Origin: Bdellovibrionales bacterium
GTDB lineage: Bacteria; Bdellovibrionota; Bdellovibrionia; Bdellovibrionales; UBA1609
DNA length: 64,000 bases
Direction: 5' to 3'
NCBI GenBank assembly: GCA_965203095.1
Contig: OZ241877.1
Coordinates: forward strand, 320,001-384,000
This document shows, piece by piece, positions 8,519 through 19,090 of this stretch. A program made the translations under genes and the position numbers. Position 1 is the first letter of the stretch. Every line of letters starts with the position of its first letter. The notes beneath the pieces were generated by a model. It saw only the letters and a program-made list of their open reading frames with translations. It did not search any database and was not told where the DNA came from.

Positions 8519-11182
8519 TTATTTTATTTCAAAAATTTTGTTTAGGGTATTTTGCCATTCGTTTTGTAAAATGAGATCAAAGGTCATTTTTTGGTCTTGA
8601 ATTTCAATGGTTCCGGCGTCTATGGATTTTTTAGAGTATTCTGTCCAAAGCGAAAAGAGCTTTCTCTTGTATTCTGTATCAAAGTTTCCCATAAGATGTT
8701 GCCCCTTTGTTTCTAAAATGGAAAAAGAGGCATTGCCCTTTTTAGACGACTGAACACAAACCAAAAAGTCAGGATAGATTTTGTTTTTTTGCCAGCCCTG
8801 TAAGTGCCAATCCTGTTTCTCTATAATCCTGTGCCACCACTTAATAGCAACATCTTCATCCAAATACCAAGCTACTTTTTTTTCCAAATCGTTAAATTTA
8901 AACTTCTCTGTCCAAATATTCTCAAAAAGGGACAGTTGTAGATCTCCGTCACTTTCTCTTCTCAATAATTTATCTCCGCTCGCCACTGAGAGATTCAAGG
9001 TTTTTGCCATTTCCCAATTCAAATCGGGATCTCCTGCACTTACAAGTTTAAATATAATCTCATGTTTTTTTAATTTTTCCCTAAAAATCTTTTCTGTTTT
9101 TTGGCTTATTTGACTTTGAAGATTATTTCTTAAACAATCCAGAATATGAAACCGATTAGAATAAACCTTTTCCTTTCCGTATTTCCTCTTTAAAGAAGAG
9201 AGAGCTTTATCCACTATTACACTTGCAGACCAAAGATTAGGAATAATATCAGAAAGTCTGGCACATAAAAAGCCAAAATCCACATTAAAATTTTCAGGGG
9301 TCTCTTCTTTTTCTCTTCCATGAAAAGAAGAAATCAGCTGTAGCTGTTTTTTTATATCCACCTGTGTATGAGATATATCCGGGACTCTGTCATCTAAATA
9401 CGGATCTTGATTTAATTTTAATTTTGACCAGTCGATGCGAAAAAGCAAATCCCTTTCATAGCTTAACTCTTTTAATAAATTCTCTTTATCTCTATGCAAA
9501 ACTTTCGGCAAAAAGATTTTTAAGCCTCTAAATGGCTTTCTTCTTTGGATGGTAATTTTCCGAGAGGGAGGCTTATCGGCACCCGAATCTTTTATGTCTC
9601 CGGCCAAGCCATCCATTCCCTCATTCTCCAGCCCCTTTCGGATCCCCTCTACGGCTCCAGCTGTATCCTGATCCATACAAACTATGTAGGACTGATTTAA
9701 AGATTCTATGCCGGTCCTTTGTGTGTCAGGTTGCCTTAAAACTCTTCCTATCATTTGCTCTATGGCCACAGGGGCTTTTGTTTTAGATAAAATCGTCAAA
9801 ATATAGGCAAAAGGGCAGTCCCAACCTTCCTTTAATGCTTCCTTGGTTATGATATATCGGACTCTGGAATATTCAGAAAGCAGGTCTTCATTTTTCAGCT
9901 CGTCCTGGACAGCAGATTTGACTTTGATTTCTGCAAGATCCACATTAAAGTTTTGTATAAGATATTCCCGAACATCCTCTGCATGAATAAACTTTTTCTC
10001 TCTTTGATCTTTTCCGGTTCTTTCAACTCTTATCAGTTGTATAGGGCGGATATAACGTTTTTCTTTTTTTTGAAGATTTTGTGTGCTTTTTGACAAACCA
10101 TGCAAAATCTCATGACCTTTGGCTAAAGCTTTTTTCCAGTCTTTGCTTTTTAAATTATAAATGTTAATAGGGAGCTTTATCATTTCCTCTTTTTTCAACA
10201 AATCTCCTGAGACAGAGACCAAAACATTACTGTGATGCTCTTTTTTATTGGGAGTAGCGGAAAGCTCCAAAATAAATCGAGGGTTAAAATCCATTAAAGC
10301 TGTTTTTGCTTTTTCTGAATAAGCCCTGTGGCCTTCATCAATCACAACCAAAGGCTGAATGAGTTTTAAGACATTTCCCAAACTGTGTTTTATGGATATT
10401 TTCTTTAAACCTCCTCCTCCGGAAAGGCCGGAGTCTATGAAGTTATGAGTGTCAAGGTTGGGGCAGATTCCAATCAGTTTTTGATTGGAATGGTAGTCAT
10501 CCATTTCCGGAAAAAAATATGGGAATTTTCCGGAATCTCTGAATATTCTCAAAGTTTCTTTTGACTGTCTTCCGGCGGATTGAAGCATCAATAACATGAC
10601 ACATAAAAAATTTTCTGTATCTTGAGGATGAAAACTGTCGGTTTTTTGCAGAATTTTAACTTTTCCGGCGGAGGCACGATCCAAAGTCTGCCTGTAAAAG
10701 CTTTCTCTGTCAGAAAGAGCTTTCAAAGTTTGTTGATAAATAGAGTCACTGGGAACCACCCATAAAACAAAACCGTTATTTCTTTCAAAAAAATCCGTGT
10801 TGATTCTCTCAACTCCACAGGCACCCAAAAGGGTTTTTCCTCCCCCTGTAGGAACTTTAATGCATATATTGGGAACAGGGCGACCCATGCCACTGAGCCG
10901 ATTTTTATGAGAGGCCGGGACCAATTCCTTTCCTTTAGGAATAAATAAAGCCTCCTCTTTAGGTATGATTTTTCTAAAAATAAGTGGTAAAAAATTTTTT
11001 TCATTCAGTTCCTCCCAGGCTCTTTTGCAAAAGTTAAAATCACCGGAAGTCCATGGAGCGGGCGACTTTCTTTTTTTCCGGATTTCCACCAAATCTAAAG
11101 CATCCTGCTTTTTTTCCTTGAGAGTTTTAAGGTAAACAGACAGCTTATCAAGGACGGCTTGTTGATAATCTTTTAATTCCAC
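8519..11182 (-). CDS. Type III restriction enzyme Res subunit (SF2 helicase + PD-(D/E)xK)
   Basis: VPTGGGKT, DEGH, SATP, EGWDCP, QMIGRVLR, YPDF...ETKG; follows a mod gene. Confidence 0.88.
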   Translation of the reverse strand: MELKDYQQAVLDKLSVYLKTLKEKKQDALDLVEIRKKRKSPAPWTSGDFNFCKRAWEELNEKNFLPLIFRKIIPKEEALFIPKGKELVPASHKNRLSGMGRPVPNICIKVPTGGGKTLLGACGVERINTDFFERNNGFVLWVVPSDSIYQQTLKALSDRESFYRQTLDRASAGKVKILQKTDSFHPQDTENFLCVMLLMLQSAGRQSKETLRIFRDSGKFPYFFPEMDDYHSNQKLIGICPNLDTHNFIDSGLSGGGGLKKISIKHSLGNVLKLIQPLVVIDEGHRAYSEKAKTALMDFNPRFILELSATPNKKEHHSNVLVSVSGDLLKKEEMIKLPINIYNLKSKDWKKALAKGHEILHGLSKSTQNLQKKEKRYIRPIQLIRVERTGKDQREKKFIHAEDVREYLIQNFNVDLAEIKVKSAVQDELKNEDLLSEYSRVRYIITKEALKEGWDCPFAYILTILSKTKAPVAIEQMIGRVLRQPDTQRTGIESLNQSYIVCMDQDTAGAVEGIRKGLENEGMDGLAGDIKDSGADKPPSRKITIQRRKPFRGLKIFLPKVLHRDKENLLKELSYERDLLFRIDWSKLKLNQDPYLDDRVPDISHTQVDIKKQLQLISSFHGREKEETPENFNVDFGFLCARLSDIIPNLWSASVIVDKALSSLKRKYGKEKVYSNRFHILDCLRNNLQSQISQKTEKIFREKLKKHEIIFKLVSAGDPDLNWEMAKTLNLSVASGDKLLRRESDGDLQLSLFENIWTEKFKFNDLEKKVAWYLDEDVAIKWWHRIIEKQDWHLQGWQKNKIYPDFLVCVQSSKKGNASFSILETKGQHLMGNFDTEYKRKLFSLWTEYSKKSIDAGTIEIQDQKMTFDLILQNEWQNTLNKIFEIK

Positions 11183-11242
11183 TTAAAATCCTTTTGACTT
11201 TTTGTCTTGAGAAGAAAAGGGCAATTTTGTTTCAGTCAATAT

Positions 11243-12958
11243 CTAATCTCCTATAATTTTATGAATAGCTGTCGGGAGCCGGCAAAACTGAACATTATAA
11301 TCCTTGGACAGCTCTTTTTGCGTAATATAACTTGCCGGAGCATAAACCAAACTGATTTTTTTTGATTTTTTGTTGAATTTTTGGACTGCCTCTGCGAGAT
11401 CCAAATGCAAGGCACTTTCTTTGCTTCTTAAAAAATCCATGTCAGGTTTATACACAAGATGAAAACTGTAGTTTTCCGTCTCACCGATAAACCAAGACGG
11501 GCTGATTTTAGGGACAACATTCAAACTTTTTCCCGTTGCCGTGTAAAAAACATATTCCGCCAGCTGTTCATAGTCCGGGAGGTCTTTTCCTCTTAGCATA
11601 TTTTCAATATTGATTTCCTCTCCTAAAGAGCAATAAGTGAAGGAACCACCTAAGCCTTTCTTTAGTTTTTCATTTTTGGCTTTTGGAACACCTTTAATCA
11701 CACGACGAACCCGCTCCGCTGTGATTTTATCTGCATAATCCTCACACTCAACCAGAATAAATTTGCGATGGCCCCCATCCTCTTTGTTCAGATCAAGAAC
11801 CGCATGAGCTGTTGTGCCGGAACCGGCAAAAGAATCTAAGATAATGGAGTCTTTATCTGACACAAGCTTAATACATTTTTTTATTAGTTCTGGTGATTTT
11901 GGATAGTCAAAAATATTTTTTTGAAATAAAGAGGACAGTATTTCTTTTCCCACCTCATGGTTTATATTTTTATCTAACCAAATTGATCGTTCTTTTGTAG
12001 TGGCTTGTCCATTTTCTGGTAGATAATCTTTTCTATAAACACGCCAGGCACCTGTTTTCTTTTTTTCCCCGAAAAGCATTGAGGGATTTTCTTTTATTTT
12101 GTTTTTGCTCCAAGTCCAACATCCTTCCTCTTTAGAGGATGAAACAGGAAAAACCTCTATACTACAATCTTTTGAGCGAGACAAAGATGCTTGTCCATTT
12201 TTAGGATTGATATAAATAGGAAAAAACAAGTTGGGCCTTGTTTTTCGATTGAAAAACTGTATCGCTCCGTTCATTAGTCTCATAAGGCGATAAACTCCTT
12301 TTTTGTCTTTTTTCTTGTATTCTAAAAGGGTTTCTTTCTTTTTTGGAATCTCTTTAAGCTTAGCTTTCTCAATGTTTTTAGAAAAACTAAGGATATATTC
12401 ATGAACACGGGCCATATCTTGCCTTAAGGAGCGACCGCGGGGATTTGTTTGAGCTGTTATTTGAGCTATATAGTTTTCCTCTCCAAAAATTTCCTCCATA
12501 ATTGCCATAAGCCGAAAACACTCATTGTCATCAATGCTGACAAAAATCACTCCGTCATCGGCAAGCAATTCTTTTAATAACTGCAACCTCGGCCACATCA
12601 TGCAGAGCCATTTGTCATGTCTTTCTAAATCATCGGTTCCGATGCCGTTTTGTTTCAGCCATTCCTTTATTACGGGGCTGTTGACTCTGTCGTTGTATTT
12701 CCAACCTTCGTTTCCGGTGTTATAGGGAGGATCAATATAAATACATTTGATTTTACCGGAATACCTGGGTAAAAGGGCTTTTAGGGCGTGAAGATTATCT
12801 CCATGGATGACTAAATTATCATTTAGACTTGGTATTGATCTTCCCGTTTTTTTGGTAGGCGAGAGAGATTTTTTTGCATCAACTTTAAGCGTTCGAAAAG
12901 GAACTCCAAGATGATGGGAATAGATAACAGACTTCCCCTTAAAATCTAAAAAAGGCAT
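11243..12958 (-). CDS. Type III RM Mod subunit, N6-adenine DNA methyltransferase
   Basis: GDNL, IYIDPPYNTG, FDYPKS, LDSFAGSGTT. Confidence 0.92.
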   Translation of the reverse strand: MPFLDFKGKSVIYSHHLGVPFRTLKVDAKKSLSPTKKTGRSIPSLNDNLVIHGDNLHALKALLPRYSGKIKCIYIDPPYNTGNEGWKYNDRVNSPVIKEWLKQNGIGTDDLERHDKWLCMMWPRLQLLKELLADDGVIFVSIDDNECFRLMAIMEEIFGEENYIAQITAQTNPRGRSLRQDMARVHEYILSFSKNIEKAKLKEIPKKKETLLEYKKKDKKGVYRLMRLMNGAIQFFNRKTRPNLFFPIYINPKNGQASLSRSKDCSIEVFPVSSSKEEGCWTWSKNKIKENPSMLFGEKKKTGAWRVYRKDYLPENGQATTKERSIWLDKNINHEVGKEILSSLFQKNIFDYPKSPELIKKCIKLVSDKDSIILDSFAGSGTTAHAVLDLNKEDGGHRKFILVECEDYADKITAERVRRVIKGVPKAKNEKLKKGLGGSFTYCSLGEEINIENMLRGKDLPDYEQLAEYVFYTATGKSLNVVPKISPSWFIGETENYSFHLVYKPDMDFLRSKESALHLDLAEAVQKFNKKSKKISLVYAPASYITQKELSKDYNVQFCRLPTAIHKIIGD

Positions 12959-12973
12959 TATTTCTCCTTAAAA

Positions 12974-13141
12974 TTATATTTCACTAAAATCACTGAGTTT
13001 TATAGGATAAGCTAAAGAAAAATCTGTGTTTTGAGAACCTCCACTGACAACCAAGCCCTCTTGGTTAATGCAAAATCCAAAATCAATTAAACATTTTCTG
13101 TTAGGGATCGGACTATATAGGGCTACAACTTTGTTCGTCAT
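12974..13141 (-). CDS. Small ORF (55 aa, MTNKVVALYSPIPNRK...) or gene remnant upstream of mod
   Basis: GGAG upstream of ATG; below the ORF-track length cutoff; no recognisable motif. Confidence 0.3.
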   Translation of the reverse strand: MTNKVVALYSPIPNRKCLIDFGFCINQEGLVVSGGSQNTDFSLAYPIKLSDFSEI

Positions 13142-13375
13142 TTATTATAACTCCATTTCCTAAACAATAGCATAATTAAGAGGCAAAGGCAAACAGCTAC
13201 ACTATCTCTGCTTACAGCTCCTTAGAAAATAATACAATGCATCAATTGGCTTGCTGTGCCCAATCTTTTGGAGGCAGTTAATCAAGGCTATAGACCTGTT
13301 GCTTTGCTGAGTAAGGCTGTTTTCAACTACAAGAGAAAATAGACTCGCTTTTTAGCAAGGTTTTTTCACAGAAAA

Positions 13376-14227
13376 CTACTTATTTTGAGTCTCAACCTGA
13401 AACATGGGTATAGCTCCTCCGGTCACATTAGGAAGTTTTCCGTCCCACTTTTCCATTCTTTTAAACTCAATTAAAAGAGGGTTTTCTCTTAAAGCTCTCG
13501 CCTCTCTGCGGATAGCCTCAGCAGTAGCAATGCTTTCAATCCTTATTTTTTCAGCAACAGCTTCTGCATCGGTAATTTTCTTTATTTTCTCATTCTTAGC
13601 TTGTAATGCTCTTTGCTCAGCCTTTACCTTCATTTCAATCGACTTATTAAACTCTTCTGAAAAAGAGAAATCGGTAATAGCTACATTGCTTATTCGTATA
13701 GAAAGATCTTTTAGTCCTTTTTCTGTTAAAGTTGTTTTTAAAAAATCTTTAGTTTCTTCTTCAATTTTAAGTTTTGCTTCTGCCCGCATAGTGATTAACT
13801 CTTCTGCTGTATATTTTGCTGTAATGGCTTTTACACTTTCCTGCACCGCAGGTTTAAGTATAACAAAAATGATTTGATCTTCATCCCCTACTTGTTGAAA
13901 AAGATGAGAAACTTCAAAAAGAGAAAACTGAATTGTCACAAGAGTTTTTACATCTTGTAAGTCTTTAGAACTGGCTCTTGCCTCTTGATCAAATTTTAGC
14001 AGTTTGACATTTATGTTTTGTATTGTTGTTCTTATAGGGACGACAAAATTCAAGCCTTCTCCTAAAACTTTTTTATGGCTCACTTTCCCCCAATGCTTTA
14101 TAACCCCTTCATGTCCTACAGGAACGCATTTTATTGACAACGAAATCATAAAAAGAGTTAAAAGAAAAAGCCCTACAAATCTTAAGGAAAGCATTAAATT
14201 TTTTATGTGTTCTTTTTCCATATTCAT
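13376..14227 (-). CDS. SPFH/prohibitin family membrane protein
   Basis: N-terminal TM, GEGLNFVVPI, ASSKDLQ, AKYTAEELIT, KWDGKLP. Confidence 0.9.
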   Translation of the reverse strand: MNMEKEHIKNLMLSLRFVGLFLLTLFMISLSIKCVPVGHEGVIKHWGKVSHKKVLGEGLNFVVPIRTTIQNINVKLLKFDQEARASSKDLQDVKTLVTIQFSLFEVSHLFQQVGDEDQIIFVILKPAVQESVKAITAKYTAEELITMRAEAKLKIEEETKDFLKTTLTEKGLKDLSIRISNVAITDFSFSEEFNKSIEMKVKAEQRALQAKNEKIKKITDAEAVAEKIRIESIATAEAIRREARALRENPLLIEFKRMEKWDGKLPNVTGGAIPMFQVETQNK

Positions 14228-14463
14228 TCCTTATTTTAAATTGTTTATGAACAAGCTTTCATCATAATTCTATTGTCCCTATTCCTAAAGCTCCATCAAG
14301 TTGTTTTCTTAAATAAAATCAGCTAAACCCTGTATATAACCTCTGGATTTTTAATTTTGTTCATTTTGCACTTCCTATGGCAATAATAATTTCATATTAT
14401 AGAATGATGGCCCGGAAAAGTAAAGCCTTTACAACACAATGCAATAAATGCGTGATTACATGT

Positions 14464-14533
14464 ATGTTGTTTTATCATGAGGAACAGCCCCTCAAGTGGA
14501 AAAAAACTACAAGAGGAAGATTTTAGTTCTTTC
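14464..14533 (+). pseudogene. Fragment of a second rpn gene
   Basis: tgttttatcatgaggaacagcccctcaagtggaaaaaa...ctacaagaggaagattttagttctttc closely matches rpn 5435-5505 (LFYHGEQPLKWKK..QEEDF). Confidence 0.7.
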
Positions 14534-14628
14534 GAGTATATCCGAGTATATCAGCAGTTTGTAGCAAAAATGTCGTAAACATGTCCTGAAGTTTGTCATC
14601 AATTTGTAGCAAAAATGTCGCAAGTTTG

Positions 14629-15041
14629 TCACAAGTTTAAGCCTTTTTTTGAAAGACGATAAAATTGTCGGTTGGTCTTTCCTTCCGTCTCAATGATTTT
14701 TTTATCAAGCATATCTTTTAAATCCCTTTGCAAGGTTCTCTTAGTGATTGTGGATATTGTTTTTCGATCAGCTGTTTTACCCGTCTTTTGTATTTTCTTT
14801 TTCAACTCTTCAAAATCTTTAGGGATAAGTTTCCCTTTTTCCAAAATATGTTCAATAATTAAACCCTGTCTTTGTGACAAGTTATGATTTTTTATCAAAG
14901 CATCTTTAAAAATAACTTTTTTGCCAATATCCATAACTTCATTCATCTGAAATAAAAAACCTTGAACAAAATACTCCAGCCAACTGGTCATATAAGTAAA
15001 TATGGAGTGATTTTAAATTTTGGTAAAAATTTTGTTTTCAT
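14629..15041 (-). pseudogene. Fic-family gene with the catalytic domain deleted
   Basis: ATG 15041 gives MKTKFLPKFKITPYLLI* (Fic-like N-terminus), joined out of frame to TSWLEYF...LSQRQ...RTLQRDLKDM (Fic C-terminal wHTH); no HPFxDGNGR motif. Confidence 0.65.
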
Positions 15042-15708
15042 TTTATTTCCTTTACAGTTTTTGTTTTAGGAATCTAAAATTTTTAAAGAACTGGTAAGTT
15101 TTTGCCTTTCTAACTTTTGAAGTAGTTATTCGGAATTTCCTAATAACTGAATTTTTCTGTAATTCACCAGATTTAAAAATAAAAAACTTCACCATACTAC
15201 TATTTGATTATGACTCATGTATTTTGGCCCCACAGAATGAAGTATCTTGAGCTGTCCCCAGATTGTCCCATATATTTAAACTGACAGGTATTCCTTATAA
15301 AACAATAAGACTATAGTCTATTATAATCGCCCGTGAAAAAGCTGAGTAAGGTTTGCCAAAAAAGGCCCTTAAACACCCATGAACCTACTATAAGCTTAAC
15401 CTCACTCTTTTTTGTGGAGTTAAACTTTCTGTGGATAAAGCCAATTCTGTCGCTGGATGGAGCTGTCCCTGCCTTCCTGCGTCATTTATTGGAAAATTTA
15501 ACTTAAAAATGTGGATAAAAAGACCCCTTGGACAGATTTTGTTTCAAAAGTCCTGCTTTCTCTACCCGTTTTAACCAGAAAAATCCACTACCAACCATAT
15601 AAAAGGTCACAAACCAGGATAAACCTACTTTTTTAAGAGCTGATTTTCCAAAAAATGTTGACTGAAACCGGCTGGAAGAGGAATATATCTCTATAAAGAA
15701 AACAAATT

Positions 15709-16146
15709 ATGAATAGGTTTTTCATGCAAATAGCTAAAGGGGCTTTCATTATAGTCAGTTTATTTTCTTTGGTTTTTTGCGACCTATTTAAACGACGACG
15801 AACTAAACCTCCTATAGAAAACACGATAAATACTGATGAAACAAAACCAGTATATTCTGAAAGACCTTTTCCACCCGACCCCGGAAGTGCTAATGGACAG
15901 GAAGAGGAATCTCCTTTTTCTCCTGAAACTTCACCAGATTTATTAGATGTTCCTGAGGCAATGGCTGGCGAAATTACTGTCCAGTGTAAATGCAAAGATA
16001 AGTTTTTCCATGGTAAAATGGACAGGTCCCATATAGTGGAAGGGACTGGCCCCGATCATTCCAGTGCAGTTGAAAATGCCCGCAAAGCCTGCCAGGAGTC
16101 GAGAGATCATAGTTTTTACTCTCTCACATATTGCAGGAAAAAATAG
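15709..16146 (+). CDS. Hypothetical exported/lipoprotein-like protein
   Basis: Hydrophobic N-terminus ending in Cys, Pro/acidic linker, Cys-containing C-terminal domain. Confidence 0.55.
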   Translation: MNRFFMQIAKGAFIIVSLFSLVFCDLFKRRRTKPPIENTINTDETKPVYSERPFPPDPGSANGQEEESPFSPETSPDLLDVPEAMAGEITVQCKCKDKFFHGKMDRSHIVEGTGPDHSSAVENARKACQESRDHSFYSLTYCRKK

Positions 16147-16223
16147 GCCCGCACAAAAGTTTAACATCAAGAGAAAAAATCAAATAATAAAAACAGTGTA
16201 AAATCCTTACTTAAGGATAAAAA

Positions 16224-16300
16224 TGGCGTTCCCTACGGGATTCGAACCCGTGTTTTCACCGTGAAAGGGTGGTGTCCTAGGCCAACTAGACGAAGGGAAC
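16224..16300 (-). tRNA. tRNA-Glu (UUC)
   Basis: Reverse complement GTTCCCTTCGTCTAGTTGG...CTTTCAC...GGTTCGAATCC...GGGAACGCCA. Confidence 0.95.
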
Positions 16301-16301
16301 T

Positions 16302-16377
16302 TGGTGACCTGCCTAGGACTCGAACCTAGGACCCTCTCCTTAAAAGGGAGATGCTCTGCCAACTGAGCTAGCAGGTC
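16302..16377 (-). tRNA. tRNA-Lys (UUU)
   Basis: Reverse complement GACCTGCTAGCTCAGTTGG...CTTTTAA...GGTTCGAGTCC...CAGGTCACCA; 1 nt from tRNA-Glu. Confidence 0.95.
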
Positions 16378-16386
16378 TGCCTCTCT

Positions 16387-16414
16387 TTTTTACTCATTAC
16401 TTCTCTTTTGTCAA
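16387..16414 (-). promoter_or_regulatory. Putative sigma70 promoter of the tRNA-Lys/Glu pair
   Basis: TTGACA-N16-TAAAAA on minus strand just upstream of tRNA-Lys. Confidence 0.5.
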
Positions 16415-16458
16415 ATTTTAGTATGATTTTAAAATAATCCATAGAAAGAGAGTGCTTT

Positions 16459-18144
16459 TTATCGATCCAACTCGCCAGCAATAATGTTCATGCTCCCTAA
16501 AAGAGCAATGGCATCTGCTGTCAGCCCCCCACGAATGCAATGAGGAAAAGACTGATAAATGGCAAAACAAGGCGGACGCACCTTCAGGCGATAAGGCTTA
16601 GGCCCTCCGTCACTCACAAGATAAAAACCTAACTCACCATTGGCGGCCTCTGTAGCAGAGTAAATCTCCCCCTTTGGTGGCCTCAAGCCATGAATCACTA
16701 ACATAAAATGATTCATCAAGCCCTCAATATTACCATAGACATCCTTTTTCTCAGGTAAAACAATGTCTTTATCCCGAATGGTATAATCCCCAGGAGGAAC
16801 ATTTTTACAAACCTGCTCAATTATCCGAACCGATTGCCTCATCTCTTCCACACGAACAAGGTAGCGATCATAAGCATCCCCTGTTGTTCCTACAGGAACT
16901 TCAAAATCCAAAGTTTCATAAGCATAGTAAGGCTCCACCTTTCGTAAATCCAAATTCAAACCAGTAGAGCGAAGGCAAGGGCCGGTGTAGCCCCAGGAGA
17001 TGGCCTGCTCTGTATCCATACTCCCCACTTTTTGATTCCGATCCATCCAGATCCGATTATTAGTCAAAAGAATATCAATTTCCTCAATCCCTTTTTTCAT
17101 CTCTTTGCAAAATTGAAGAATATCCTCAAACCATCCAGAAGGTGGCTCATTGGCCATCCCTCCAATACGAGTCATAGAGACAGTCAGCCGTGCCCCGCAA
17201 AGCTTTTCAAACAAGGTGTAAACCTTTTCCCTATAAGTAAAAGCGTGAAAAAATCCTGTGAGTGCTCCTAAGTCAAAAGCCGCGGCCCCAATGCAAACAA
17301 TATGATCGATAATCCGAGAAAGCTCACAAAGAATCACCCTCATGGCCTGAGCTTTTTGAGGTATTTCCACCCCCAACAGATCTTCCACTGCCTTACAATA
17401 ACCTACATTGTTCATAGGAGAAGAGCAATAATTGAGCCGATCAGTATAGGGAATAACTTGATTGTAAGGATGAGTTTCGGCCATCTTTTCAAAACAACGA
17501 TGCAAATAACCTATCTCCACATTGGCACGATGAATTTTCTCCCCATCCATTAGGGCCATAATCCTCAATGTCCCGTGAGTGGCTGGGTGAGAAGGGCCAA
17601 TATTGAGGGGAATAAGCTCTTTGCCCTCTTCTTTTAGAGGAGAACCATCCGGCTCATTATCCATACAAAACTCCAAAGGCTCAGACAGGTGTTGCCCCTG
17701 ATCCGCCGGATAATCTTTTCGCAAAGGGTGCCCCTCAAACTGATGGTGAGTGAGTATCCTCTTCATATTGGGATGGTTTTTAAATTTTAAGCCAAACATG
17801 TCGTAAATTTCCCTCTCAAACCAATCGGCTGTGGGATAAATAAACTGGGCTGTGGGGACCTGCTCCTCTTCGTTGAGAAAAACTTTGAGCCTCAACCGGC
17901 GAATAATTTTAGAGGAAAAAAGCTCATAACAGATCTCAAACTTTCTATCTCTTTCAGGATAATGCAGGCCAGAGACACACATTAAGAAGTCAAACCGATG
18001 ATTCTCTTTTAAGTATTGCAAAACAGGGACCACTTGCTCCGGCTCCAGAACAAGAATAGACTGCTCTAAAAATTTTTTAAAAGTGAATTTTTGACTTGGA
18101 AATTTTTGCTGAAAATCTTGTTTCAGATCTTCAATAAAACTCAT
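16459..18144 (-). CDS. nuoCD: NADH-quinone oxidoreductase fused subunit C/D
   Basis: EREIYDMFG...GHPLRKDYP (NuoC); NIGPSHPATHGTLR, GYLHR, GELDR (NuoD). Confidence 0.95.
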   Translation of the reverse strand: MSFIEDLKQDFQQKFPSQKFTFKKFLEQSILVLEPEQVVPVLQYLKENHRFDFLMCVSGLHYPERDRKFEICYELFSSKIIRRLRLKVFLNEEEQVPTAQFIYPTADWFEREIYDMFGLKFKNHPNMKRILTHHQFEGHPLRKDYPADQGQHLSEPLEFCMDNEPDGSPLKEEGKELIPLNIGPSHPATHGTLRIMALMDGEKIHRANVEIGYLHRCFEKMAETHPYNQVIPYTDRLNYCSSPMNNVGYCKAVEDLLGVEIPQKAQAMRVILCELSRIIDHIVCIGAAAFDLGALTGFFHAFTYREKVYTLFEKLCGARLTVSMTRIGGMANEPPSGWFEDILQFCKEMKKGIEEIDILLTNNRIWMDRNQKVGSMDTEQAISWGYTGPCLRSTGLNLDLRKVEPYYAYETLDFEVPVGTTGDAYDRYLVRVEEMRQSVRIIEQVCKNVPPGDYTIRDKDIVLPEKKDVYGNIEGLMNHFMLVIHGLRPPKGEIYSATEAANGELGFYLVSDGGPKPYRLKVRPPCFAIYQSFPHCIRGGLTADAIALLGSMNIIAGELDR

Positions 18145-18182
18145 TTTTCTCTCCCACTGAAGTTTGGTGTTGTTTCAGAGTT

Positions 18183-18707
18183 TTAACGATAAGTTCCCGG
18201 TTGCCATTTTTCCTTATAAGGGCGAGGGCGATTTTCCGTTATCATTTTTTGAACCAGCATAACCGCGTCAATCACTGCTTCCGGAGTGGGAGGGCAACCC
18301 GGAATATAGACATCCACAGGAATCACCTTATCCACCCCCTGCAATACATGATAAGCACGATAAAAACCTCCAGAACTGGCACAAGCCCCCATAGCTATTA
18401 CATACTTTGGCTCCAGCATCTGTTCATAAACCCGGCGAATCACTGGGGCCATCTTTTCGGTAATGGTGCCGGCTACAATCATCAGATCGGACTGGCGGGG
18501 AGAAAACCTCACCACCTCAGCCCCAAAACGAGCCAGATCATAGCGTGGGCCTAAAACAGACATAATCTCAATCCCGCAACAAGCCGTCCCATAAGTCATA
18601 GGCCAAAGTGAGTTTCTCCGGCTCCATGCCACAATACGGTTCAGCCTGGATGTGAAAAAAGACTGATTTTCCGGCCCCGGTAAAGGCTGATTTTTTTGAA
18701 TAGCCAT
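18183..18707 (-). CDS. nuoB: NADH-quinone oxidoreductase subunit B
   Basis: [28 protein letters not shown]. Confidence 0.96.
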   Translation of the reverse strand: MAIQKNQPLPGPENQSFFTSRLNRIVAWSRRNSLWPMTYGTACCGIEIMSVLGPRYDLARFGAEVVRFSPRQSDLMIVAGTITEKMAPVIRRVYEQMLEPKYVIAMGACASSGGFYRAYHVLQGVDKVIPVDVYIPGCPPTPEAVIDAVMLVQKMITENRPRPYKEKWQPGTYR

Positions 18708-18892
18708 AATCCTGCTCCTATATCAAAAACTTTCAATCAAATCAAAAAGGCATTCAGCTCACAAAACTTTAAAGCCACAGGCCAGTCAAAAAGAGCTAAA
18801 AGCTTTTGATCTCACCCATAAAAAGCTCTGAACTGTGCTTATTATACTACTTCTCTCTTAAGTTTTTCAAGCTTTTTATGTAAAAAAGTCCA

Positions 18893-18992
18893 GCAATTCC
18901 TGCCTTGAGCAGGAATCCAGGAAAGCCGGACATTGTGGAAATAGGAGTTCTTCCCGCAATATAAGGTATCCGGATTCCCGTTTGCACGAGCA
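18893..18992. repeat. Paired REP-like palindromes (ATTCCY-N8-RGGAATCCAG family)
   Basis: Two oppositely oriented palindromes; the same arrangement recurs inverted at 59763-59848; single copies at 3280, 26391, 51561, 58082. Confidence 0.75.
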
Positions 18993-19090
18993 CTAAAAAA
19001 GCCGAGGGCTTTTTTAACAAGCTTTTTCACGGACAACTAAATTATAAGGATAAAATGGGGCTTGAACTTTAAAGCCGAACTGGTATAAAA

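Noticed and set aside
4268..15330. Prophage or ICE at tmRNA
   Set aside because: No integrase, structural, replication or conjugation genes.
15377..15392. 16-bp match CCATGAACCTACTATA also at 41941
   Set aside because: Isolated match with no supporting structure; cannot interpret.
18842..19036. Short ORFs at 18842, 26345, 37976, 53824, 58022
   Set aside because: They lie over palindromic or dispersed repeats and have no coding signal.
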